The translations under genes and the position numbers were made by a program. Below the pieces are notes generated by a model. The model was not told where the DNA came from. It was given only the letters and a program-made list of their open reading frames with translations, and ran no database searches. Of a stretch of DNA of 64,000 nucleotides, positions 1 through 12,463 are shown piece by piece. The DNA lies in the NCBI GenBank assembly GCA_001949185.1, contig BDGG01000019.1:213231-277230 (forward strand), in the 5' to 3' direction. This DNA is from Ramazzottius varieornatus. Its lineage: Eukaryota > Animalia > Tardigrada. How positions within the stretch are numbered: position 1 is the stretch's first letter; every line of letters starts with the position of its first letter.

Positions 1-587
1 AATGTGTCGAAGTCGAGGAGAATCCGGTCCGTCGACCTTATATAAGACAACTTTCACCAAAGTGATTGCCATGTGAAGATCTTTCGGGTGAGGCTATCTG
101 AAATTGACCAAGACGTCCAAATGGGTTTTCGACGTTCATGTCGTCATGGAGTAAATTATATGCAGCGCAGAATGACTGAGTTTTTCGCATTGAGTTCTTC
201 GCTGATGATATTCTCCAGAAATCCAGTTCTATCTGCGCCCTTGAAGGTTTCCTGGTATTCAGTCGACAATACCGTTCAACGAACTCCCAATGAACCAGGA
301 CGCTTGAGATACAATGGAACCGGGTGGGCACTCGTACTTTATATAGCGCTGATCATGTCGATACCGCCATACAGAATCCGTTCAAAGTCTTTGTTCTCTT
401 GCTTCGGTCTAACTACAAGCATTCACCTAACATCGCGAATGATCTTAAACCTCTGGTTTTTAAGCTCAGGTCTACGGCTGACGACAGTTTACTTACTTGG
501 GTGTCTCCGTCTCGGACTGTTTCCCAAAAGGCCAAAATCCTTGAAAATCTGAGCTGGTTTTTGATTAAACCAGCCAGTTTGTTAAAC

Positions 588-933
588 ATGAACCCCATTT
601 TTCTGGTTATGTTTTTACTTAAGTAGTTTGGGTTGTTGCAGAACTGGGATGGCGCAGTCTGGGACAGGACGCGGGTCGTGGAGTCAACTGTTGTGCCTGC
701 CTGGCACTGGCGGCCCCTGTTGGAATACCGGAGTCCCACACGGCTATCGCATGCAGCTAATCCCATACGACAACCATGCGCCACTGTCGTACCAAGGAGC
801 CGTTCTTCCTGGACTTCCGTCCCCGTCTGCTCCCTCACCGACTCCCTCGACCCAACACGACATCCGCATGGATCTTATCAACGTGACCAGCGTGAACATC
901 AGTGGCGTCAATATTTCCAACAATAAAAAATAA
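588..933 (+). pseudogene. Small secreted orphan peptide, frameshifted copy (paralog of 37605-37883)
   Basis: ATG 588 gives hydrophobic MNPIFLVMFLL, then TAG at 624-626. Removing one base in 'cttaagtagt' joins it to ORF 628-933 (LGCCRTGMAQ...LLCLPGTGGPCW...HDIRMDLINVTSVNISGVNISNNKK*), which aligns with 37605-37883. Pseudogene or single-base assembly error. Confidence 0.55.
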
Positions 934-1182
934 CATAGGAGTGATAAGACTGTGCAAAATCAATCAACCGCTCATATTTGGTCTTACATTTCAGCCTCTC
1001 ACATTTTATCCTGCAACTTTTAACTTTCAACTTTCAACTTTCGAGATCAAATCTCCTTGACCGTCTCTAGTTAGACACTTTTTGTGGTTTCTTTTTGCGC
1101 CAAAGTCACGTTCTTTTAGACGGGGATTAAACTGTCGAGTTACGTTGTTGCAAAATGCCAAAATCGGAATAAACTTGCGCGG

Positions 1183-3256
1183 ATGATGGTCGATCTAATT
1201 GCGAGTTTAACTAGAGGAGCTATCTACGTTTCAGGCGAAGGATTGCGTTGCAGGGTTGCTTTGCTTGCTAGTTCACTTTCGACGCCAGTGGAGAAGAGAA
1301 CTATTGCCTTTGTCAGCGGTCATATCCATTGCCAGTGCTCAGTGGAAGATACAAAGGTACTGCTTCCCATCAAGCCACTGATCGAGCCACCGGAAGCTGC
1401 AGGCAGGCGGAATTCCTCTACTGGAACTGAGTTGAATACCTTCACAGTCATTTCAACCATTCCTAAGATCCTTGTTGGCAATCTCACTCTTCGACCAGGA
1501 GAAGAATTCAATGGTAAGTCACTATCTTTCCTTCAAATCCGTATTTCGGACATTTCTTTCGTGAAGTTGAGCTTGGCGTTAGCGCTGGACGCAGCGATTT
1601 CATGAATGGATGGTGACGTCATGCGCGGCTGACAAGAAGATGTTGTTGAATACACCATCAAGGTTTGTGCCCAGCACGGCCTTTAGTCTTTCGCTTCTGT
1701 GCCACTTTTCTAGCGTTGAGCGAAGAGCTGCTTTTGAGGAAATTCAGGTCCGTACCTAGCATGGCCCTGATTGAGTTACGGTGTTCTTTTGCTTTCAGTG
1801 CTCTACTCCGAAGTCATTCCCAAATCAACTTGCCCGTCTTTCCGTGGTCTCGCTGTTCGATACTCATGGAAGCTGGCTTTCCATTGTCAGGTCTTGGGAC
1901 AAGCGACGACGGTCATCCACATACCGCTATGGATAATGATCCTACCGGAAGTTGAGAAGGTTTTGCTGTCCAATGGTGATGGTATTCGACGGGCTAGTAA
2001 TGGCGATTCAGCAGTCGATGGAAAACTGCCCGAAGAACTCACCTTTCGAGAACACAATGCAGATGGGGAAGACGAAGTTTTCGTCCACAACGGACCGGTG
2101 AATTTGGAATCGGCCCTGCAAAGCTTGGACGAACTGACCAAGAAAAGGAATCCAAGTACGTACAATTGTTTTTTATGAATGGAAGGTCGGCAAACGCAAC
2201 GTACAAGATCGATCACTTCACTGGCGCGTGCTTCCAGCTAGTAACAATGAGAACGTGCGCCACTTGGGACGATGATCTTGTATGTTGCGTTTGCTCACCT
2301 TCCGAAATCCGAATATTATTTATGTTCATAGGCCGTCCATTCATGCTTGTTTTTATATTTTTCATTGCAGAAATCTTCAACATCGACTGCCAGTTCGGGA
2401 AGCTGGGAAAACTAACGCTTTCCAAGACGAAGTTCCGATTGGGGGAAGAAATTTACGGCAAGTTTGACTTCACGGACAAAAATGTCACTTGTATTCAGGT
2501 AAGAAGAACTTCCTTTCCATTAAATTTCTGTAAAGGGCTTACATTATTCTGGTTGTAGTATTTGGTCAGTTTGATTGGGGACGAACACATCTGCGAAGAC
2601 CATCGGAAACCGAAAGGCGTCGCTTTCTCGGAGAACATCGTCAGCAGAGCGAACGATTTCTGCCTGTGCCTACAACAATCAAACTTTTCTTTACCGATTC
2701 CGCTACACATCACACATTCTTTCTCATCTGAAATAAGTAGGGCAAAATATTTGACTGCTCGACAAAAAGACTCGACAACACTGTTCTGCCATGTGGCGCC
2801 CGTTTTCAGTGTCATTAGCTGATAAAATGCGCCACTTGGAAAAACGATCTGTTCGAATTTGTTTGCCGAAGTGGCGCACGTTTTTAGTGTTGCTGGTTGG
2901 AAAGGTGCGCCACTTGGAAAAAAAAGATCTTTTCGAATGGGTTTGCCGAGCTTCCGTCCTTCGTTTAAATTTCAGTTTCTTGAAAAGTGAGTAAGTTTTT
3001 CACTGATGATGTGATTGCAGTTGAGCTGAAGTGGAAGCTGCGCTTCGAGTTCGTGCTTTCAACCGAAGCCTTTCACCTCGACGTGCCTCAAGTAGCCAAC
3101 GAACAGCAGTCGGTTCTCTGGAGAGCTCCTGTCCGTATTCCGGTGGAGACCATCGCTTGGAACCTTCCCCTGGACATCTACCCAACTGACCCCGTGCAAG
3201 TCCACAGCGTCCATTTACGAGATAGCCTAGGTGGCGAAGTGAAGGTCCAGTTATAA
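1183..3256 (+). CDS. RGP1: RAB6A-GEF complex partner protein 2 (Rgp1), about 5 exons (~1183-1512, 1799-2155, 2371-2498, 2560-2734, 3021-3256)
   Basis: Motifs LTRGAIYVSGE...SGHIHCQC, YSEVIPKSTCPSFRGLAVRYSWKL, LSKTKFRLGEEIYGKFDF and VELKWKLRFEFV...ETIAWNLPLDIYPTDP match Rgp1. GT-AG junctions link the ORF pieces. Confidence 0.88.
2755..2955. repeat. Abundant foldback repeat, two-hairpin copy in an RGP1 intron
   Basis: Two GTGGCGC...GCGCCACTTG units ending in GTTTGCCGAGCTTCC. Confidence 0.8.
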
Positions 3257-3518
3257 AATATCCCTTTCGTATTCTTCGGCCGAGCTTTCTTCGTACTCTG
3301 TGAAGACCGTAGTATCAACGGCAGCTTTTCCTGAAACTAAGATAAATTCGCTATAACGAAGAGTGAAGAGTCCGCGCGTTTATATTTTCATGTTGAAAAT
3401 AAATTTGGACATATGTATCTGTGACTGCTTCAAGCTAGAAAAAGAGCTATAAAATTGTCGGCAGCTATCGTTGCACGAAACTGAAAAGAGAGCGTTTCAA
3501 TACAAGACAATGAAGAGA

Positions 3519-5443
3519 CTAGAACCCGTTCATTCTTCCTCCAAACATCATCGGCATGTTCACCATGCCAAATCCGCTTCCTGGCATTCGGTTACGGTGG
3601 TTCCTCATCGAAGACCACTGGTTCCTGCAAGAGAAGAACAATGAACCATCCATTCAGTTTTGTACAATACGCGATCGTTTTCAATATCTGAACGGGCATA
3701 GGCAGGTAAATTCAACCAGATCGCAATGTCAAGTGGCACTGTGGCGCAGGTTCTGGTTGTTGCTCGCTAAGATTATGTGCCACTTGAAAAAACGATCTTG
3801 TTTTATTCATTTGCCCACGTCCCAACCATCATACTCATTTGGATATAGCAGGAAAGATGATAGAAGTCTAACTTACGAGCCGCCATATCCGCCACCACCA
3901 TAACCAGACTGCTGGTTACCGCCATAGCCGCTTTGCTGCTGGTTCATTCCATAACTCGATTGCTGGTTCGATCCATAGCCGCTTTGCTGCTGGTTCATTC
4001 CATAACTCGATTGCTGGTTCGATCCATAGCCGCTTTGCTGCTGGGGAGCTCCATACCCGGAAGGTCTGTTGTTCTGGTTGCCGTAACCGCTGTCAGTATT
4101 CTGGACGTGTCCGTAGCCACCACTTTGCTGTTGCTGCTGAGGTTGACTGTATCCTTGCGGAGCCTGCGTTTGTCCATAAGAGCTTTGTTGGGCTTGTGGC
4201 TGGCCGTAGCTGCTCTGAGCCGGAGCCTCGCCATAACCGCCTTGTTGTTGGGCTGGACCTGGAGATTGCCCATAGGAACTCGGCTGGGCTGGCGGTGCTT
4301 GAGGCTGTCCATAGCTGCTCGGTGCAGGCGCCGGTGCCTGACCGTATCCAATCTGTTGCTGTTGCTGTTGTTGCTGGACCTGCGCCTGGCGATCGACTTC
4401 CTTCCTGCAAAATAATCGTAAAAGAAGGTCAGAATGTGCGCAAAACCACTCTGCCTTTCGCGTATTACTAATTACTAACTGTGATCATCCGGGCAGAAAC
4501 TTTCAGGAAAACTACAAAAGTTTTTGTGTACTTACAGCTTCACCTCTTCGGTTTTGTTCTTGTTTCTGTTGTTTTCGTTGGAAGTTTCATTCAAGTCTTC
4601 ATCAAGTTTTATTCCCCCAAACTGCCTGTTGGCATTCTTTTCCACTGCTGAAGAACTCGCCAGCTCCAATTCAGGCCGTTTCTCTTCCTTCTGTGCCGAG
4701 CTACCCGCAACACGCTGCCGTGTAACCAAGCTCGAGGCTTCCTTAGGTCGCGCAGTAGTCGGTGGCAGGTAACCGGTCGGCGCGTCGGTCGCTTCTTTAA
4801 TCTCGACTGCCTCGGTCGTAGTTCGAAGCTCAGTCACAATCCTCTTCCGGGTAGTGCTCACCAAATAGTCAGTAGGAATATCAATGTCTTCTTCGATCTC
4901 CACAGCCTCAGTTGTAGCTCTCATCATGGTAGGCTTGGTCTGACGTTCAGTTACGATTCGTTTCTGGGTGGTACTTACCAAGTAATCAGTCGGCGCGTCA
5001 GTATCGTCCTCGATTTCCACAGCCTCGGTGGTGGTAACGATGGATTTCTTGGGCGTAACGACTACACGCTTGCGTGTCGTAACTTGGTAGTCGGTTTTGT
5101 CATCTTCGTCAATGTCCTTCAGTTCGTAAGCCGCGCTCGTGGCCGTCAGTCGTTTCCTGGTCGTCGTCGTAACTTTGGAAGCGTAATCGCTGTCGTCGTG
5201 AGCTTCGTTATCCTTGATCTGGGCGTTACCCGAGGTGGAGATTTTCAGCGAGCCGGTAATGGAGAAGAGTTTCAGGCTGGAGGATTTTTTCTGTGACGAT
5301 TTCTCGCTCTTCTTGTGCTCAACCTTCGAAGACGTTCGACCATAGACGCTGTCTTCTGCGATATCTAACTGACCATAGGTCACAGCCAGAAGCGCTGACA
5401 AACATACCAACGACAGACCGCACCAACGGGCTATTCCAGCCAT
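3519..5443 (-). CDS. Secreted low-complexity protein (~513 aa): signal peptide, acidic Thr-rich repeats, then Gln/Gly/Ser/Tyr-rich resilin/prion-like tail; exons 5443-4536, 4404-3877, 3624-3519
   Basis: Signal peptide MAGIARWCGLSLVCLSALLAVTYG. Two phase-2 GTAAGT...TGCAG introns keep one frame of 1542 nt. Repeats TTEAVEIxxxTDxPTxYL, then SSYGQP/QQSGYG repeats, ending MFGGRMNGF*. Confidence 0.85.
3922..4043 (-). repeat. Perfect 51-nt coding tandem repeat (just over 2 copies; unit GYGSNQQSSYGMNQQQS)
   Basis: 3930-3980 is identical to 3981-4031. Confidence 0.9.
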
Positions 5444-7407
5444 GGTGTGGATTTATTTCGAGAAACACGTCGGGAGAAAACCAAAATTCCGAGCAGTTGC
5501 ACACTCGTATTTTTGAGTGGCACCAACTATGTAAACCTGAGTTCTCTATATTTTCTCGCATTTTGAGTTCGTTACGTATCCGGTGTTCGTTTTTCGCTGG
5601 ATACAGCCTCGAGGATATGACACTGTCCAGTCTTTTGTCTTGTGTTCCGTACGAGAGACAGGTGGTTACATCAGCAACTATGTAACATCATAGATTTCTG
5701 GCTTGATGAAATCAAAAAATGATGTAAAGATTTCTCGATTTTTCCGCTTGAATCCAACTATCCGGTTGGCATATCGTAAATTTACCATCATAATCCGGCA
5801 ATTATTTTGTGTGGTGTGAGACGAGAACGTAACAATTGAACGGTCTCCTGCAGGTCACGCGCCGTGACACTTTCGTCGTCACTTTCAAGTTCCGACGGCT
5901 CAGATTGTCCACACATTACTGACAACAATCATTACACTTTATTAACCAATGATTATTTCAACAGGCTGATAGGTATCGAAATCTGAATGACTAAATTAAA
6001 GCGGAGAATTCACAGGTGTGAAGTGTTACCGTATCATACAATGCGTTGTACAGTATGTGCATGCTTCCGCCAAGTGACTACCACCTGGAACTTTGACGTA
6101 CAAACAAAAATTCAAATTGTTTGTTTCAGTCTCGTTCCTTCAGACATTACCTACAATTTTTTAAGCTGCTTTTGCTGAGACATAGTAGCTTTTTCGCATG
6201 CACTGAGTCCTGAGCTGGAAAAATCGATTTGTATGACTGCCGGTGAGGAAGACTTTTCACCACGAGCATAACGTGGCCTCTAAACCTTCGTGTGCAAGTA
6301 CTCATCTTCGGTTTGCATTTACCGGACTTACAGCTATCTGGGTTCTTATCAAGAACTGAGGAAGTTCGCAGCAGTGCCATCAAATCTTACAAATGATTTA
6401 AAACCGCCGATTCTGCTGATTTTGCCCGGAAACCGCTGCTCATGGCGAAAACCGTAACCTACGCTTCGAACCAAAAGTTTGGACTTCCCACCACTCCCCA
6501 TGCAGCATAATCTCTGTGTTAATTACTGTTTTTGCTGACACCGCAATACCTCTTCAGAAAGCTGGATATAAAGTTTTCGAAGTTGCTCAAAATCTGGAAA
6601 AGTTATTGATTCACGCATGTTTGGTTTTCGCGGAAGTTTTCGTGCACTCAAGCCCCACTCATGTACTCGAACCAATTCTCATTTCAAATAACCCATAAAG
6701 TCAGCCACCCGTTCAGGCTTATATCTGTCGGTAAAATATCAAAACCATTTTGAGATTTTCTAGCGACCCTCTATATTTCGGCACGATTTTATTAAATCTG
6801 TTGTATAATTCAATCAACGGGACACACGACGACACAGATTCTTTTTTCGGGAGCTAAAGTATAGTTGAACAACCTCTAATCGGCAGTCTCAAGGCAAAAG
6901 TGCAGCAGGATAAGATAAGATTTGTTTTGCGAAGGGAGAAGAAGCAAAACGGCCGCGCCGGAGCAGCTACCTGCTTGCACCTTCCCCAGTCCCGGGTCGA
7001 GTTTCGACTTCCCATAGACAGTTTTACAGGCCAAGTAAAGTAGTTACTTTTCAGGTGGCAAAAGGAGTTCTCAATTACCGAAAAATAGTCGTGAGGACGA
7101 ACTCCCACTCATTTGAGAGAGCCATGAAAATCGCGACGTAGTAGTCACTTGGCGGAAACACCTTGTAACTGTACTGTACTCATCATAACGTTGCTTGTCG
7201 GTGTGCGACTCTGAGTTTCATTTTTATAGTTCGAGAAAGCACCTACCGTTAGCCGATGTGAAGGCCGGCTGTAGCCTCACTGCGTAGATCCAGAAAGCAT
7301 TTTCAGTTTCTCAAAAATCACCTCGTGCAAGAAAAACTTCAGGTGACACTGGCCAACGCTGCAACGCGGAAACTTCCCGATCGAAGTTCTTACCAGAAGG
7401 ATCACCT

Positions 7408-8742
7408 TCAGTATAACGGCCACACAGAAATCAGGCCATCTTTTCCTCCCAGGACCACACAGTTCCGTTCCCTCACCATCGCGTACTCGATGCACTGCAC
7501 CGTGTCCTTATGCATATCAAGAACGGCAAGTGGCTTCAACGCTTTCCAAGAGTATATTCTGGCTGTGAAGTCCCAGCTGGATACAGTTACGATCTTGTTG
7601 TCCGGTCGGATCTTCACGTCACTCACTCCGCTGGTCGACAAGGAAGTGCTGTCGAGAGGGTCGAGACCCGTCGGAGTGATCTTGAACCGCCGAAGGAGGT
7701 TGCTGGTTCCTCCGACGATGAGAAGGTCGCGGTCCGTGTCGACGTCGAGAGCCAATGGAGTAAGTGCGCCGAAGTCTTCATCACAGTGTACAGACCTGGG
7801 TGAGCTTGTTCGGAAAGCGGAGGAGACGAAAACGGGAAGGGAAGGTGAGCGAATGTCCCACAGGAGCACGTCGCCGCTTTCGTGGGCAACGAACAACTGT
7901 CGGTCCTGAAAATGAACAAGCGCTAGTGGCGGTTGTAAGTTTGTCACTAACAGTAAAACTCCGTAGAAAAAATACCGCGAGTGGCTGAACGGGAATCTCT
8001 TTCTATAAAATTTCGGGGTGGCTCTGGTACCAAAGAAACGACTAAAGTTAGCCAGTAACCTCGAAGGTAAACCCGAAAACACATTTTTCCTCCGTTCGTG
8101 TCACATACCGGAGCATGACGTCAGGAAAAAGTCAGTATTACAGTCACATTACAATCTGAACTCAGCATGCCTTCATCAGCACAATGCGCGTATCTTGCCA
8201 ATTATCATTAATTTTACTTTGTATCTGGCGGCGCGCATCGGTGGTCCTATACACTCCTCCGGACAAAGAAGTGCCGCAGGCTCGAACGTTTCTGCGTCCA
8301 CCAGTCCAAGTGCGCTGGCATTTCTCGCAACGCCTCCTGAAGGTAAGGCAATCAATGCGGCTTCGGGAAGGTCCAGTGCGGGGCAGAATCCGAGTTGCTG
8401 CCCGGGCGAGCTTACCTGAAGTCGGACGGGTGTGCTTTCTGCTAGTCGCCACTTGTGCAGAGATCCGTTGCGAACTTGTATGCTCACTTCGTCTGAAGTT
8501 CTAGCTGAAGGAATGATAGAGAGAACGGTGTCGTTTTTCTCAGCGAGCTCGTCACAGCGGAATTTCGTCGAAAGTTTCTTTGTCGAGACCAGGTCCCAGA
8601 CGTAGACGAAGGTGTGAGTTGATCCGGAGAATAGTCGACCGGCCAGCAATCCTTCTGATTTGTAACGCATGCAGGAGACGGTTCCTTCGCTTCCATGAAA
8701 CGTCAGGGAAGGCTCCGGAGGAGGTAGCTTGTCAGAGGCCAT
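7408..8742 (-). CDS. GNB1L: WD40 protein GNB1L/Asa1 (PIKK biogenesis factor), 2 exons
   Basis: N-terminal LPPPEPSLTFHG and C-terminal GVSDVKIRPDNKIVTVSSWDFTARIYSWKALKPLAVLDMH...GGKDGLISVWPLY are typical of GNB1L. Confidence 0.88.
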
Positions 8743-9155
8743 GGCGATGATGAACTTCCAAAGGAGAACTGCGATCTGCGAAGGCTACCTACGAAGAAAA
8801 TTTCACTAAATCTTGTTTCGGTTCAATCAAGCCGAACACCCGAGCCGTCAATCAATCGATGATGAGCAAGTCAGTCAGACTGTGGTATGTCAGGTCAGTG
8901 TGACGGTACAGTTTCTTACACACGCGTATCACACTCTTACGCGACTCGTGTCATGTCACAAGATAACACAACAGCACAATCAGCCGGCTTTGTTATCGTT
9001 TCTTCCCTCTCAAGTTAATTCTGATCGCAGACCTTCCAGTCCGAGCTTCCTACTCACTTTTCTCACTTCATATGTTCTGTTGCAGATAAGAAGACACCTG
9101 AAACGCCACGGCTCAGCTCCTTCGTCAATACTTGCCATCATTCCTACGCGTCAAC

Positions 9156-10131
9156 ATGACTGACTCCCTGAAGATAATCGTCTACAAGTCGGGCTCAGAC
9201 TTGGAAAACGGCATGCACGAGCTGCTGAAGCGCTTAGCCAAGGAAGCCATCGCGGCGCGTGGAAAGTTTACTCTTGGAGTTTCAGGTACACTTGGCACTT
9301 TGCAACACTAATGCTCGATTCATAAAGTCGGTGGATGTTTTGCAGGTGGAAGCATGGCCAAACAGCTGACTGCTGCCGTTCCCGACATCTACCCGAAAGG
9401 ACAGGAAGAATGGAAGAAGTGGCATGTATTCTTCTGCGATGAACGCATCGTTGCCTTTGACGATAAGGAAAGCACCTACGGAGACTACAAGAAAAACCTG
9501 ATCGCTAAAGTGCCGGAACTGGAGTCACAGTTTGTCGTCATCGATCCTTCCAAAGACGGTAATGTTGGATCGAAATTCCGTCACAAATGTTACAAGTGGC
9601 TTTACTGTTATCTTTTTGTGGTTTTTAGCTGAGAATAACGCTCTGCACTATCATAATCAGCTTGTCCAACGTTTCGGAAATGCTATGTTTCCGATTTTCG
9701 ACCTGTTGCTGACTGGAATGGGTCCCGATGGACACACTTGCTCCTTATTTCCGGGTCATCCGTTGCTAGAAGTATGAATTTTTCTAAGCCAACGAATCAC
9801 TGTTCTTTCTTTTGTTAAGTTCTCTGGGTCTTGAAGCGTCTGGGGAACGTTTTAGGAGCGTCGAAAATGGGTCGCAGCCATCACCGATTCGCCAAAGCCT
9901 CCGCCAAGCCGCATCACCCTTACGCTGCCAGTACTGAACCACGCTCGTAACGTCGCTTTCATCGTGGCTGGCTCGAACAAGGCAGAAGCGGTAAAGAAGG
10001 TCCTGGAGGACCAGGAGAAGTTGCCGTCGGGAATGGTTCAGCCTCAATCGAATGGCGGTAAGCTGTACTGGATGCTAGACAGTGAGGCTGCTTCTGGGTT
10101 GAAGAACACCAGAACGCACACTGAGTTATAG
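9156..10131 (+). CDS. PGLS: 6-phosphogluconolactonase, 4 exons
   Basis: [58 protein letters not shown] and [10 protein letters not shown] motifs. Confidence 0.95.
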
Positions 10132-10747
10132 GCATGCAAAGATCCTTGGCCGTTATTTCGGCGTAATTCCTTCATACGAAGTTTATTTTCGATTCATATA
10201 ATCTTTTCATAGTAATCGTATTTCCCGGTTCTATTCCACTGTGCGATGTGCGGAAGATGGAGGGAGGATTCGGTAATATTTTGACGATGTTCTATTTTTT
10301 TGACACGGCAAGACTGCTTCGCTGAGGTTGTCGAAATGTATTTTTCCGTCCCTGTAGTGGTTTGCATTCGACCTGTACAGTCAAGAGTTCTGGTTTTTAC
10401 TGGCTCTAAAGAGTTCCAGTGCGTACAAAATAACGGAAGGGGGAGTGCTGCGAGCTTGCGACAGTAGACTTCCGGTCCGAGCATGGTATGACATGTCATA
10501 TTACGTTCTTCACAGTCTATCGACAGCTGACAGCAAAAGCGTCGTTTTTATGCCTTGATTTGATCACGGTAGAAACCTTGATCGGCTTGAACCAGAGAAG
10601 GATCTTTCATTTCCACAGATCCCAACTGCGTGTTCTCCTCTCTGGGTTCTCCCAGATCTGATACTTGTTGCTGGTGTATTCTGCGCGGTATGCCGGATGA
10701 TCTTCAATACTCTGAAGTACTGAAGTTTAAACCAGCGATCGGTAACG

Positions 10748-10969
10748 ATGGGGCTGAAGCTGGAGCTATTGAGGATGTCGATCTACATCGGATTTCCGGT
10801 TGCCCTCTTTTACGTCTTTCACCAGCCGCAACTTTACGAAGCTGCTACCGTGGATATGAGAAGGAAGCTTTACCCGCCTGAGAGTGAGCTAAACCTCGAG
10901 GAGTACAGGCAGTTTGTCGACGAAGTGGATGCGGATAGAAAGAAGAAAGATGCTTCCTATAGGAGGTGA
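10748..10969 (+). CDS. PET100: PET100 cytochrome c oxidase assembly factor
   Basis: MGLKLELLRMSIYIGFPVALFYVFHQP...RRKLYPPE matches the PET100 family pattern. Confidence 0.88.
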   Translation: MGLKLELLRMSIYIGFPVALFYVFHQPQLYEAATVDMRRKLYPPESELNLEEYRQFVDEVDADRKKKDASYRR

Positions 10970-12463
10970 CACCTGCGAGAATGTATATCCCGCTGCGCAG
11001 CCTTCCTTCTGTGAATTCTTGTACATATAAGTCATATTTTAAAGCACCTCCTAATTGTGAAGATGTTTTGAATTGTGCTGATTCTATTGTGTTTGGCGAT
11101 ACTCTGATGCAAACTGTGAACAAACTCGTAAAATCGCAACAGTTCGTTACCCGAATACCCGATGTTCCTTCCTGTGGCTATAGACTACTGTAATTAATAC
11201 TCCCTAACGTATTGCTCTTCACATTACGCGGGCTTTCCAGTTTCCTTTTGACGTAACCTTGTTGAAGTTTTCAGGAACCAGCCGACGATCCGTTTTATGT
11301 ATGTGTTGGAGGCTGCACTAAATAACGGCGGATAAGTTTTCATACTGCGGAGCTGGAAGAACGGAAGGTGGAAGATCTTCAACTCAAGGCGCATGTTTTC
11401 ATTTTTATTGGCTAGAAGAGTGCGCCACTCAACGTAACGACGTGGACGTTTTCGCCTATAGCTAGCTCCCACCTGACAATTCTGCAGATCTCCGGTTCTT
11501 CGCTGAACTGCAAATCTTTCTACGACACACTGGACATCTAACTAGTCAGATACCTTGTCATTGTAACCCGTCGCAGTCTTGAAGCAGGAGGTAGCTGTTC
11601 CAAACGTGGCCGTTGCGGATCTCTCGTCTCTCGAGTTCGGATCAGGAAGTACTCAGTAATCTACAAGCATCATAAGCAGCCAACGGGCTGCTGCTGGTGT
11701 GGCCTTGCTCTGGCTGGGTAAGAATACTGATGCTTCGACTGTCATTCAATTTCTTGGAAACATCACCTGCGCAGGAAGCTTCCTCGTTTTCCATTAGACC
11801 AAACTTTGTTAGACGGCTCGGAAAGAATGGTGGCGACGGAAGGACCGGTTTTCCACACATTCATCAAACGTCCAATAAGGCCGGCCGTGATGTCACAGTG
11901 GTCACGCCCCCCGTGATCTGTTTCCAATTCAAGTCCACGTTCTGCGCAGCTGCACGGATTTCTTGGCAGTCAAACCAAAACGTGGTTACTTACGTGAGCT
12001 TCTTTCTTCGGAACTTCTTCGCAGCCATCTTTGCAGCCATTTCTTCACCCTTGGGTTCGTCCTCCTCCCAGTAAGTCCAAAAAGTCGCATGGATGCTTTG
12101 TTTGCAGCACGTAGAAAGGATCGATCTAGCCTGTGGTTAGTTTGCGTCGAAATATCGCTCAGCTGATCGCCAAAATCAGCCATCCTTAGATTTCGAAATA
12201 TTGTCCGTACCACGTGGCTTTTGGTGGGTTTTCGATCCTATAGCTGTCAGGTGGTTGTATCACTTGATTTGGGCAAAGTTTGTCTTTGTTCCATCAATAT
12301 CTTTACGTGTTTGTTTTTCTAGGCAGTGCTTTTCCCAAAGACGCTTTCCTTACAGCTATACTTTCGCAGACTGGCTGGTATTTCTGTTTTTTTTGCGTTG
12401 CAGGCCTTTGAGTCGATGTTGGTGAGATAATAATCGGGAAGAAAGAAGGGCTGCTGGTTAAGA

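Noticed and set aside
38-560. Possible decayed ORF in the upstream part of the duplicated cassette (also 37040-37600)
   Set aside because: Substitutions between the two copies showed no consistent codon periodicity and no frame stays open in both copies. Treated as non-coding.
3933-4415. Plus-strand Leu-rich 160-aa ORF
   Set aside because: Antisense shadow of the Gln-rich minus-strand exon.
10117-10131. PGLS ends in HTEL, a KDEL-like motif
   Set aside because: There is no signal peptide, so ER retention is implausible. Probably coincidence.
11500-12213. Fragmentary minus-strand ORFs, possibly a decayed gene or transposase
   Set aside because: Multiple stops and frame changes, and no recognisable motif.
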